Origin: Acidimicrobiaceae bacterium
GTDB lineage: Bacteria > Actinomycetota > Acidimicrobiia > Acidimicrobiales > RAAP-2
NCBI GenBank assembly: GCA_947455165.1
Contig: CANGMP010000004.1
Span: forward strand, 890 to 64,889
Length of the DNA: 64,000 bases
Reading direction: 5' to 3'
This document shows, in pieces, positions 29,480 to 37,862 of the stretch. The translations under genes were made by a program, and so were the position numbers. The notes below the pieces were generated by a model. It had not been told where the DNA came from, did no database searches, and was given only the letters and a program-made list of their open reading frames with translations. Every line of letters begins with the position of its first letter. Within the stretch, counting starts at the first letter, position 1.

Positions 29480-30025
29480 GTGGCACGCCGGCTCCTCTTT
29501 GTCGGTAACTCAGGCTCAGGTAAATCGAGTTGGGCGCACCGCGCCGCACTTGCCCTCGGTGTGCCTCACTACGAGCTCGACGCCACCTTCCACCAGCCGG
29601 GGTGGACGCCGCTGCCCACCGACGAGTTTCGACGTCGTGTGAGCGAGATTGTGGCCACTCCGCAGTGGACGATCGACGGCAACTATTCGGCGGTGCGCGA
29701 TCTCACGATGCAGCGCTGTACCGCGATGATTGCCTTTGACTTCCCGCGCCGGGTCATAATGCGCCAAGTCATCGTTCGGACCATCCGACGCGCTCTGACC
29801 CGCCAAGTTCTCTGGAACGGCAACCGTGAGGATTGGCGCAATATCTTTCGATGGGATCCCGAACTCTCCATCATCCGCTGGAGCTGGACCAAGTGGGCCG
29901 AGCGACACGCCGAAATCGACACCTTTGAAGCGCAGGCTGCGGAGAGGGGTTTTGTGTGCGTTCGAGTTCGCTCTCACCGCGAAGTCCGTGACGCCCTTCG
30001 CGCGCTTGGCGTCCCGGTCTCGTAG
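29480..30025 (+). CDS. P-loop kinase, adenylate kinase-like/FlaR (topology modulation) family
   Basis: GNSGSGKS Walker A, ELD..HQPGW, W.IDGNYS, WNGNRE; start approximate. Confidence 0.8.
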   Translation: MARRLLFVGNSGSGKSSWAHRAALALGVPHYELDATFHQPGWTPLPTDEFRRRVSEIVATPQWTIDGNYSAVRDLTMQRCTAMIAFDFPRRVIMRQVIVRTIRRALTRQVLWNGNREDWRNIFRWDPELSIIRWSWTKWAERHAEIDTFEAQAAERGFVCVRVRSHREVRDALRALGVPVS

Positions 30026-30034
30026 GCTCCGACT

Positions 30035-30802
30035 ATGGACCTAGAACTCAACGACAAAGTCTTTCTCGTCACCGGTGGCACCGAGGGGCTGGGACTAGCC
30101 CTTGCCCACACGCTCATCGAGGAGGGGGCCTCTGTGGCCGTCTGTGGCCGAAGCGAAGATCGCTTGAAGGCGGCTCGTGAGGCTTTAGGCGAACGAGCCT
30201 TGGTGGTTCGCACCGACGTGACCAAGTCCGATGAGCTCGATGCATTCTTTGACGTGGCCCTCGAAACGTTCGGCCGCGTTGATGGCATCGTGAATAACGC
30301 CGGCCGATCGGCGGCCACGCCGTTAGCCGATTCGAGTGATGACGACTGGCGCGAGGACTACGAACTCAAAGTGATTGCCGCCGTTCACCTGGCCCGTCGG
30401 GCTCTCCCTGAGTTAATCGAGCGGCGTGGCGCAGTCGTCAACATCTTGGCCATTAAGGGCAAGGCCCCCACCGCCGGCTCGACACCAACGGCGGCCTCGC
30501 GGGCGGCCGGACTGGCCTTCACGAAGGCGCTGGCCGGTGAGGTGGCACCGCACGGCGTGCGAGTCAACGCCGTGCTCATTGGGCTCATCAAATCTGGTCA
30601 GTGGACACGCCGCGCCGAAGCCATGTCGATGGGCCACGACGATCTCTACGACGCCGTTGTGAAACACCAGAGCATTCCTCTTGGCCGCTTTGGTGAAGCT
30701 CGAGAGTTCGCTGACGTGGTGGCGTTCTTGCTGTCGGCTCGTGCCAGTTACCTCACCGGTGTCGGTATCAATATCGACGGCGGGCTCTCGCCGCTGCCTT
30801 AG
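30035..30802 (+). CDS. SDR oxidoreductase (atypical, no YxxxK)
   Basis: [39 protein letters not shown]. Confidence 0.88.
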   Translation: MDLELNDKVFLVTGGTEGLGLALAHTLIEEGASVAVCGRSEDRLKAAREALGERALVVRTDVTKSDELDAFFDVALETFGRVDGIVNNAGRSAATPLADSSDDDWREDYELKVIAAVHLARRALPELIERRGAVVNILAIKGKAPTAGSTPTAASRAAGLAFTKALAGEVAPHGVRVNAVLIGLIKSGQWTRRAEAMSMGHDDLYDAVVKHQSIPLGRFGEAREFADVVAFLLSARASYLTGVGINIDGGLSPLP

Positions 30803-31443
30803 TTAACGGCGATCGCGATCGCGACAAAGTGCAGGCCGGCCCCAACGAGAGTCAGGCTGTGGAAGAGTTCGTGGTAGCCAAAGACTCGGGGCCAGAGCTT
30901 CGGGCGCTTCGTGCCGTAGAAGATGGCACCGACGGTGTAGGCCAAGCCGCCACCCATCACAAAGAGCAAGCAGGCCAGACCACCGCCTCGGTACATCTGG
31001 GGGATAAAGCCAACGGCGGCCCAACCAACGACGAGGTACGGCAGCGTGCTGACCCACTTCGGCGTGTCGAGGGCCAGTTGGCGAATCGCAATACCCACCG
31101 CGGCACCGATACCCACGATGAGCAATATGACGAATCGGGCCGTGCCGTGCATCGTGAGGCCGGCGAGTGCGAAGTAACTACCCGAGATAGCCGCAAAGAT
31201 CATGGAGTGATCGGCTCGTCGCCACGCCCGTCGGGCACCGGGGTTCCAGTTGATGCGGTGAAACAGCGCACTCGTCAGCATCATGGCGCCCACACCGACC
31301 ACAAAGCAGAGTGACCAACCAATGGCTGCACCATCCCGGGCCAAGACGAAGAGAATTGGCGAACAACCGAGCAGGGCGATGAGCCCGCCAACGTGGAGCC
31401 ATCCTCGCATGAGGGGTTTCGTGATCGCCGCCGACTGTTCCAT
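30799..31443 (-). CDS. PAQR/hemolysin III family membrane protein (TrhA-like)
   Basis: [31 protein letters not shown]...H; 7 TMs. Confidence 0.9.
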   Translation of the reverse strand: MEQSAAITKPLMRGWLHVGGLIALLGCSPILFVLARDGAAIGWSLCFVVGVGAMMLTSALFHRINWNPGARRAWRRADHSMIFAAISGSYFALAGLTMHGTARFVILLIVGIGAAVGIAIRQLALDTPKWVSTLPYLVVGWAAVGFIPQMYRGGGLACLLFVMGGGLAYTVGAIFYGTKRPKLWPRVFGYHELFHSLTLVGAGLHFVAIAIAVN

Positions 31444-31447
31444 GGGC

Positions 31448-32023
31448 TCAGCCTAGGAAGGAAAACCAGCCACACTGCCAGACAATGAGTACAGAAAGCG
31501 CCAAATAGAGAGTCGGCGTAAGCGTGGCGCTCCAGCGCTGTCCCCGCTCGGTGACGAGTGGGTGGCGAAGTACGAGGCGGGCCAAAAAAACCAGCGCAAT
31601 ATCGAAGATCAGAATGGTGAGAGCAACCGTCACACCCCGGAGCACCCCTTGTGAGCGAAGGATGGGAATCCAGACGGCGATGTTGTCGCCGCCCAGTCCC
31701 ACGGTGACGAGGAATGTCGTGGTGGCGCCGCGACGCTGAGGCGCGAGGCCACTGCCCTGGTTCCGCCAGGCGTGAGCGGCGAGGGCCAGCGGCGCAATTG
31801 CCAAGAGTCCGGCCCAGCCCAAGGGGATGAAGTTGAGGGCACTGCCGACCGCCGCCGACGCAATGATGAGCACAATCACCCCAATGATGTGGGCATAACT
31901 GACGCGCCGGAATCGCTTGGCATCGGTAAGGGCTAGCTGGGCGGTGAAGGCGAAGAAGTTGTCAATCATGGTGCCGAAAAAAGCACCGGTTCCGATGGCG
32001 ATGGCGACGAGGACATCGTGCAT
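31448..32023 (-). CDS. Cadmium resistance transporter (CadD family)
   Basis: F.GT.IDN, LNFIP..W.GLL...P, TV..GGDNIAVWIP. Confidence 0.75.
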   Translation of the reverse strand: MHDVLVAIAIGTGAFFGTMIDNFFAFTAQLALTDAKRFRRVSYAHIIGVIVLIIASAAVGSALNFIPLGWAGLLAIAPLALAAHAWRNQGSGLAPQRRGATTTFLVTVGLGGDNIAVWIPILRSQGVLRGVTVALTILIFDIALVFLARLVLRHPLVTERGQRWSATLTPTLYLALSVLIVWQCGWFSFLG

Positions 32024-32094
32024 GGCGCCACGCTACAGCCCCTCGACTCGGGAGCTCGAAAAACTCGAAGGTACAGTTGAGCCGGAGAAATCTA

Positions 32095-33078
32095 ATGACG
32101 CACGCCCCAGTTCAGCCCACGGAATTACATCTCGAAGCGGCTCGTCGTGTCGTAGCCGATTACCTCGTACCAACGCCGACGGCCACGATCTCATTGCGGG
32201 GCCGTCCGGTCTACGCCAAGCTCGAGATTTTTCAGCCCACCGGAGCGTTCAAGGTCCGTGGCGCCCTCGCCGCGATTGATGCCTCGCTCAAAACCGACCC
32301 CACGGGCGCCGTCATTGCATCGTCGGCCGGCAACCACGGTCTCGGCGTTGCGCACGCGGCCACCTTGTTGGGCGCCCGCGCCACCGTCGTGGTGCCCGCT
32401 ACGGCCTCGGCGGCCAAGGTGAACAAGCTCCAGCAGTACGACATTGAACTCATTCAGCACGGTGAGTCCTACGACGACGCCCAAGCCTTCGCACTCGCTC
32501 TGGCGGACGAGCGGTCGATTCACTTTGTCTCGCCTTTCAATGATCCCGACGTGGTCGCCGGGCAGTCCACAGTTTTTGACGAAATGCTGCTTCAAGCGCC
32601 CGACCTCGAACATCTCATTGTGAGCGTGGGTGGTGGAGGTCTCATCTCGGGCTGCTTGGTTTCTCGTGATGCTCACCACCGAACGGACATCGCCGTGACG
32701 GCCGTACAGCCCGTGAACTCGTCGGCGCTCTACTTTGCCCTTCAGGGCAAGAAGATGGCCGAAATCACTCACCTCCCCACCATCGCCGACGGACTCGCCG
32801 GCGGGGGAGACGACGGCGCCATTACCAATGAGATCGTCGCTCGCCACGGCGTGCCCTTTGTGCTCGTGCCCGAAGCACAGATTCGCTACGCCGTTCGAGA
32901 AGCCGTTGAACAAAACGGCCTCGTGATGGAGGGCTCGGCCACGGCCTCCTACGCCGCCATTACCGAGGATCTCATCAACGACCGTGATCGACGAGTTGGA
33001 TTTATCGTCTGCGGGCGCAATATCTCCTTTGACTTGTTACAAACACTGCTGAATGAGCCGGTGTCGCACGCCAACTAG
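32095..33078 (+). CDS. PLP-dependent threonine/serine dehydratase family (no ACT domain)
   Basis: KLEIFQPTGAFKVRGA, SSAGNHG, VGGGGLISG, TIADGL, GRNI. Confidence 0.88.
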   Translation: MTHAPVQPTELHLEAARRVVADYLVPTPTATISLRGRPVYAKLEIFQPTGAFKVRGALAAIDASLKTDPTGAVIASSAGNHGLGVAHAATLLGARATVVVPATASAAKVNKLQQYDIELIQHGESYDDAQAFALALADERSIHFVSPFNDPDVVAGQSTVFDEMLLQAPDLEHLIVSVGGGGLISGCLVSRDAHHRTDIAVTAVQPVNSSALYFALQGKKMAEITHLPTIADGLAGGGDDGAITNEIVARHGVPFVLVPEAQIRYAVREAVEQNGLVMEGSATASYAAITEDLINDRDRRVGFIVCGRNISFDLLQTLLNEPVSHAN

Positions 33079-33128
33079 GGGTTTGCCGGTACGTTTCAAG
33101 TGTTGATGTACTTCGAAAGGATGTCGCC

Positions 33129-33878
33129 ATGGCTTCACCACAGCGTCTTCGCCGCCTCAATCTGATTGCCGGCACCCTCCACGCGATTTCGGCAGTTCTC
33201 ATCGTCTCGTTGGCCAACGGCTTCTCACTGCCCGTGAGCGCCAACTACATGGCCGGCCCTCCCGGGACCACCAAGCGTCAGCTTGTTCACCTCACCGACA
33301 TCCGGATGGCTTGGCTGTTGGCCGCCTTCTTTCTTCTCTCGGCCCTCGCCCACTTCTTGGTGGTCGGCCCACTGCGTGCCAAGTACGAGGCTCATCTGGC
33401 TGAAACACGCAACCCCTACCGCTGGCTCGAATACTCACTCTCTTCGTCGTTGATGATTGTGGCAATCGCTCAACTCACGGGAATCGCTGATGTCACCTCG
33501 CTCCTCGCACTCATCGGTGTCAATGCTTCAATGATTGGTTTTGGCTGGATTCAGGAGCGCTACGAAAAGCCGGGCGGCAGCTTGATGCCCTTCTGGCTCG
33601 GTTGCGTGGCCGGCATTGTGCCGTGGCTCGCCATTGGGTTTTACCTCATCGGTCCCGGTGCCGATGCTCACGCTCCCGGCTTTGTCTACGGCATCTACGT
33701 CACGCTCTTTGTTCTCTTCAACTGCTTCGCGCTGGTGCAGTACCTCCAGTACAAGCGGGTTGGTCGATTTGCCGACTACCTCGTTGGAGAAAAGACGTAC
33801 CTGGTCCTCTCGCTCGTCGCTAAGTCGCTCTTGGCCTGGCAGATTTTTGCTTCCACGCTCGCCGCAACGGCGAACTAG
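33129..33878 (+). CDS. heR: Heliorhodopsin
   Basis: LRRLN...LH (TM1 His), SALAH (TM2 His), NPYRWLEYSLSSSLM (Arg and counterion Glu), NASMI.FGW, YLVLSLVAKSLLAWQIF (retinal Lys); AAGGA RBS. Confidence 0.96.
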   Translation: MASPQRLRRLNLIAGTLHAISAVLIVSLANGFSLPVSANYMAGPPGTTKRQLVHLTDIRMAWLLAAFFLLSALAHFLVVGPLRAKYEAHLAETRNPYRWLEYSLSSSLMIVAIAQLTGIADVTSLLALIGVNASMIGFGWIQERYEKPGGSLMPFWLGCVAGIVPWLAIGFYLIGPGADAHAPGFVYGIYVTLFVLFNCFALVQYLQYKRVGRFADYLVGEKTYLVLSLVAKSLLAWQIFASTLAATAN

Positions 33879-33909
33879 TGCCGCATCGCACACGTCGCGG
33901 TGAGCGACG

Positions 33910-35349
33910 ATGAGTCGCATTCTCGTTACCGGCGCGACCGGCTACGTCGGTGGTCGACTGGTACCCCAACTTTTAGAGCGAGGCCACCACGTTCGCTGTC
34001 TCGTGCGCACCCCCGGCAAGCTCGACAACGTTTCGTGGCGCAGTGAGGTCGAGGTCGTCAAGGGCGATCTCGGCTCACTACCGACGGGCCTCATGGCCGA
34101 TGTTGACTCCGCTATCTACTTAGTGCACAGCATTGGTGAAGGTGAAGATTGGGTCGCGAAAGAGATTCGCGACGCCGAAAATTTTCGCCTCGCTGCGGAA
34201 GCGGCCGGGGTTGGTCGAATTATCTATCTCGGAGGCATGGGGGCCGACGACCCCGACCTGAGTGTGCATCTCTCGTCGCGCCACGCGGTTGGTCGCACGT
34301 TGGCCGCGGGTCCCATTCCCGTGGCCGAACTTCGCGCTGCGGTGATTATCGGTTCGGGCTCGGCCAGTTTTGAAATGCTCCGCTACCTCGTTGAGGTACT
34401 CCCCGTGATGGTGACCCCCAAGTGGGTCAGCACCCGGTCGCAGCCCATCGCGATCTCTGACGTCTTGGACTACCTGGTGCGGGCCATTGAACGGTCCGAG
34501 CCGATCTCGGGCATTCTCGAGATTGGCGGACCCGACGTCGTCTCCTACGCCGAGATGATGGCGATGTACGCCGAAGAGGCCGGGCTGAAGCGTCGCCGCC
34601 TTATTCCCGTTCCGTTTCTCACCCCACGACTCTCGAGCCACTGGGTCGGACTGGTGACACCGGTACCGGCCTCGTTGGCCCGACCACTTGTAGACAGCCT
34701 CGTCAACGAGGTCATTGTTCGTGACTCTCGGACTGTTGATCTTTTGGGTCCGCCAGCTCGAACCTTGCGTGAAGCGATTCGCCTCGCCCTGGGTCGTACG
34801 CGGAGTGGGGACGTACCCACATCCTTTACGGCCGCTGACCTCCAACCCTTCCGCGCCTACGAGACCGACCCCAGCTGGGCCGGTGGCACCGAGCTCGTCG
34901 ATACGCGAACGGCCAACTCCACCAGTTCGCCCGAGCAGCTCTACGCCGTGCTCTGCACGCTGGGTGGGGACACCGGTTGGTACGCCGGCGAGTGGCTGTG
35001 GCGACTCCGTGGTTTTATCGACGTCCTCTGGGGCGGCCCGGGTCTTCGTCGAGGACGTCGTCACCCGAGCGAACTACGCATTGGTGACTACGTCGACTTT
35101 TGGCGCGTCGAGGAGATGCAGCCGCCCACCCTATTGCGACTCCACGCCGAGATGCTGCTGCCCGGTAATGCGTGGCTCGAGTGGACGCTCGAGGCGACGC
35201 CCACGGGCACCACGCTTACCCAGCGCGCCCGTTTCAAGCCGCGCGGACTGTGGGGCCGCATCTACTGGTACGGCGTCTTGCCCTTCCACGCCCTCGTCTT
35301 CCCCGGTCTGATTCGGGGCATCGTGCGCGACGCCCAGGCTCGCGACTAA
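33910..35349 (+). CDS. NAD(P)-binding Rossmann protein with C-terminal DUF2867 (YbjT-like)
   Basis: TGATGYVGGRL, YLVHS, HLSSR, LRAAVIIGSGSASFE, GG..GWY, DFWRVE, AEMLLPG.AWL, G..YWY...PFH. Confidence 0.88.
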   Translation: MSRILVTGATGYVGGRLVPQLLERGHHVRCLVRTPGKLDNVSWRSEVEVVKGDLGSLPTGLMADVDSAIYLVHSIGEGEDWVAKEIRDAENFRLAAEAAGVGRIIYLGGMGADDPDLSVHLSSRHAVGRTLAAGPIPVAELRAAVIIGSGSASFEMLRYLVEVLPVMVTPKWVSTRSQPIAISDVLDYLVRAIERSEPISGILEIGGPDVVSYAEMMAMYAEEAGLKRRRLIPVPFLTPRLSSHWVGLVTPVPASLARPLVDSLVNEVIVRDSRTVDLLGPPARTLREAIRLALGRTRSGDVPTSFTAADLQPFRAYETDPSWAGGTELVDTRTANSTSSPEQLYAVLCTLGGDTGWYAGEWLWRLRGFIDVLWGGPGLRRGRRHPSELRIGDYVDFWRVEEMQPPTLLRLHAEMLLPGNAWLEWTLEATPTGTTLTQRARFKPRGLWGRIYWYGVLPFHALVFPGLIRGIVRDAQARD

Positions 35350-35357
35350 CCGAACTC

Positions 35358-36059
35358 CTAGAAGAGCGTCGTCGGTTCACTACGTTCAATGAGGGCCGGC
35401 CCGTCGTTACGGACATTCCCGACCGAACTGCCGACCCCGTAGTGAGTCAATGTCTGGGGAGGTGCGGGCGCCAAGAGTTCGTGGCGTAGCGCGCTCGGCA
35501 CCTTCACGTCGAGCCACGACTCAACGTTGGCGGCACTCAAGATCACCGGCATGCGGTCGTGAATACCGTCCATGTCTTCGTTCGGTGTCGTCGTAATGAC
35601 GGTGCAGGTGCGCATGACAATGTCGTCGGGGTCGGCCGGGTTGTGCCACCGTTCGACGAGTCCGGCGAGCAGAATCGGCGTGCCGTCGGTGCGGGTGAAG
35701 TAGTGGGGTTGGCGACCCCGACCGTCGCGGTGATCCCACTCGTAAAAACCATCGACGGGAATGACACAGGGGTGCTTGGCGAAGGCCGATCGAAACGAGG
35801 GCTTTTCCATCACGGTCTCGGCCCGAGCGTTAAAGAGTTTGTTGGCGATGCTGGGGTCTTTGGCCCAGCTCGGCACGAGTCCCCATCGGTAGCGACTGAG
35901 GACTCGACTGTGGTCCTCTTCGGTAACGGCAAAGAGGCTGCGTTGGGGCCCAACGTTCCAACTGGGCCGTCCCTCCGGGTCGAGCCCGGCGGCCAGGGTG
36001 GCGTCGAGGAACCGGGCCAGTCGGGCCGGGGGAGTGAAAAGAGCGACGCGTCCACACAT
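35358..36059 (-). CDS. SOS response-associated peptidase (SRAP/YedK/HMCES; abasic-site crosslinker)
   Basis: N-terminal MCGR (start at 36059), WGLVPSW, NARAET, DGFYEW, IHDRMP. Confidence 0.93.
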   Translation of the reverse strand: MCGRVALFTPPARLARFLDATLAAGLDPEGRPSWNVGPQRSLFAVTEEDHSRVLSRYRWGLVPSWAKDPSIANKLFNARAETVMEKPSFRSAFAKHPCVIPVDGFYEWDHRDGRGRQPHYFTRTDGTPILLAGLVERWHNPADPDDIVMRTCTVITTTPNEDMDGIHDRMPVILSAANVESWLDVKVPSALRHELLAPAPPQTLTHYGVGSSVGNVRNDGPALIERSEPTTLF

Positions 36060-36113
36060 GAATTTGACCCTAGACGGCTCCATTGGCGAATGTCACTGGA
36101 AGTGATTAGAGTA

Positions 36114-36127
36114 CGAACAAATGTTCG
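36114..36127. promoter_or_regulatory. LexA (SOS) box, Gram-positive type
   Basis: CGAAC-AAAT-GTTCG overlapping the imuA' ATG, just downstream of a TAGAGT -10 (36107-36112). Confidence 0.92.
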
Positions 36128-36780
36128 CTTTATCCTCGAAACGCCCAGAATTACCGGCTTCCCTCCTCGCGACGAGGCGACCCATGGTCATGGCCGCGGG
36201 CCGTCAGATCGCCGTGCAGGCCCCGTGGCCGGGCCTCTTGCCTGATGGGGGGTTGCGCCGAGGTTCCACGGTGGTCGTCTCGGGTGACGTGGGGTTTGGT
36301 GTCTTGAGCGTGGTCTGGAGTCTGATGGCCGGCCCCACGCAGCGTGGTCACTGGACCGCCCTGGTCGGGATTGACGATCCCGGTGTCGTCGCGATGGTCG
36401 ACCACGGCGTCTCGCTCTCGACCACCCTCTTTGTGCCTCGCCCCCGTGACGCCTGGGCCGAAGTTACGGCCGATCTCTTAGGGGGCGTTGACCTCGTTGT
36501 GGTGCGGCCTCCGTCGAGGCCGTCGCACGGTGTGGCGCGGCGACTCGTCGCGAAGGCCAAGGAGCGTCGCGCGGTACTCGTCGTCGTCAGCGAGCCCCGT
36601 GCCCCCTGGCCCGTGCCGGCCGATGTCACGTTGAGCGTGACGGCTGCGGTGTGGCAGACAACCACTCAACTGCGCGCCCGCGAACTCGTGGTGCGACTCG
36701 AAGGGCGGGGATCCGCTCGTCGCGAGGGTGAAGTGTCGCTGTGGGTGCCCACCCCCTCGGGTCACGTGGCGGTGGCCTAA
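36121..36780 (+). CDS. imuA: ImuA' (RecA-like, inactive) mutasome accessory protein
   Basis: LLPDGGLRRGSTV, W.ALVG...G..A, D L..GVDLVVV, RRL.AKA.ER; first gene of the imuB-dnaE2 operon. Confidence 0.85.
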   Translation: MFALSSKRPELPASLLATRRPMVMAAGRQIAVQAPWPGLLPDGGLRRGSTVVVSGDVGFGVLSVVWSLMAGPTQRGHWTALVGIDDPGVVAMVDHGVSLSTTLFVPRPRDAWAEVTADLLGGVDLVVVRPPSRPSHGVARRLVAKAKERRAVLVVVSEPRAPWPVPADVTLSVTAAVWQTTTQLRARELVVRLEGRGSARREGEVSLWVPTPSGHVAVA

Positions 36781-37862
36781 TGGAACGACTCCTCGCTCTG
36801 TGGCTCCCCGAACTCGAACGCGAGAGCGACGACGGCAGTGTGGTTCGTCGCCACCTCGAACTCCTCGAGGCCCTCGTTCTTTTTTGTCCCTTCGCCGAAG
36901 CGGTGCGATTTGGTTTGTTCGTCCTGCCGATCCGCGCGCCGAGTCGATTCGTTGGTGGCGAAGACGTTGTCTTGAACAGTGTGCGGGCCATCGTCGAGCG
37001 GGCCGGTGCCGGTGAGGTCTCGCTGGGTGTTGCCGATGGTCTCTTCGCCGCGACCGCGGCCGCCCGTCGAGGAATCGTGCTGGCCCCCGGCGAAACAGCA
37101 CGCTTCTGTGCGGCGCTCCCTATTGAAGAATGTGGCGTGGCCGACTTCGCCGTTACGGCTCGCCGACTCGGCCTCTACACCGTGGGGGCATTGGCGGCAC
37201 TGCCCCGAGCTCGGGTGACCGAGCGGTTTAACGCCGCCGTGGTGCGAGCGCACGAACTGGCCACCGGCGAGCGTGACGCCTGGGAGGAGTATCGCGACCC
37301 CGTGCTCTTTCGACGGTTTCGCGAGGTCCGTGGTGACGAGGAGATCGTGCTCGGCCAGATTGGGTTTTTTGGTGACCGCACCGACGCCGATCGACGGGCC
37401 GTGGCGGTGGCTCATCGAGTCGCTACTCGTCTCGGAGTTGAGGGAGTCTGGACGGCCTCACTGCAGGGTGGTCGCACGCCACTCGACCAAGTGGCGTGGC
37501 GGCCGTGGGGCGCACCCGCTGCTCCCGAGGCCCGTGACCCCGACCCTTGGCCGGGACGTCTCCCATCACCGGCGCCGAGCGTGGTACTGCGCAGTCCCGT
37601 GCGACTCGATGTCTTAGACCATGAGGGACACGAGGTTCGGGTCACCGGTCGGGCCACGCTGTCGAGCGAGATTGCCACGCTGCGTTTTCGACACGGCGGG
37701 ACCTACGAGGTTCGCTTTAGTGCCGGCCCCTGGCCGCACGATGAGGGGTGGTGGAGTGCTCGCCGTCGTCGGGCTCACGCCCAGGTTCTCCTCGAGGACG
37801 GTCGGGCCTTTTGGGTCTACGCCGAACGGGGCGCGTGGTGGCTCGCTGGGGTCTACGACTGA
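36780..37862 (+). CDS. imuB: ImuB, inactive Y-family polymerase homolog (short, about 360 aa)
   Basis: SRFVGGE, GVADGLFAA, RLGLYTVG.LA.L, clamp-like QIGFF, PWPGRLPSPAP, AGPWP.DE.WW, GVYD end; TAATG coupling. Confidence 0.85.
   Translation: MERLLALWLPELERESDDGSVVRRHLELLEALVLFCPFAEAVRFGLFVLPIRAPSRFVGGEDVVLNSVRAIVERAGAGEVSLGVADGLFAATAAARRGIVLAPGETARFCAALPIEECGVADFAVTARRLGLYTVGALAALPRARVTERFNAAVVRAHELATGERDAWEEYRDPVLFRRFREVRGDEEIVLGQIGFFGDRTDADRRAVAVAHRVATRLGVEGVWTASLQGGRTPLDQVAWRPWGAPAAPEARDPDPWPGRLPSPAPSVVLRSPVRLDVLDHEGHEVRVTGRATLSSEIATLRFRHGGTYEVRFSAGPWPHDEGWWSARRRRAHAQVLLEDGRAFWVYAERGAWWLAGVYD

Noticed and set aside
30799-31443. Hemolysin III as a virulence toxin
   Set aside because: PAQR/TrhA proteins are widespread membrane homeostasis proteins; nothing in the context suggests a toxin
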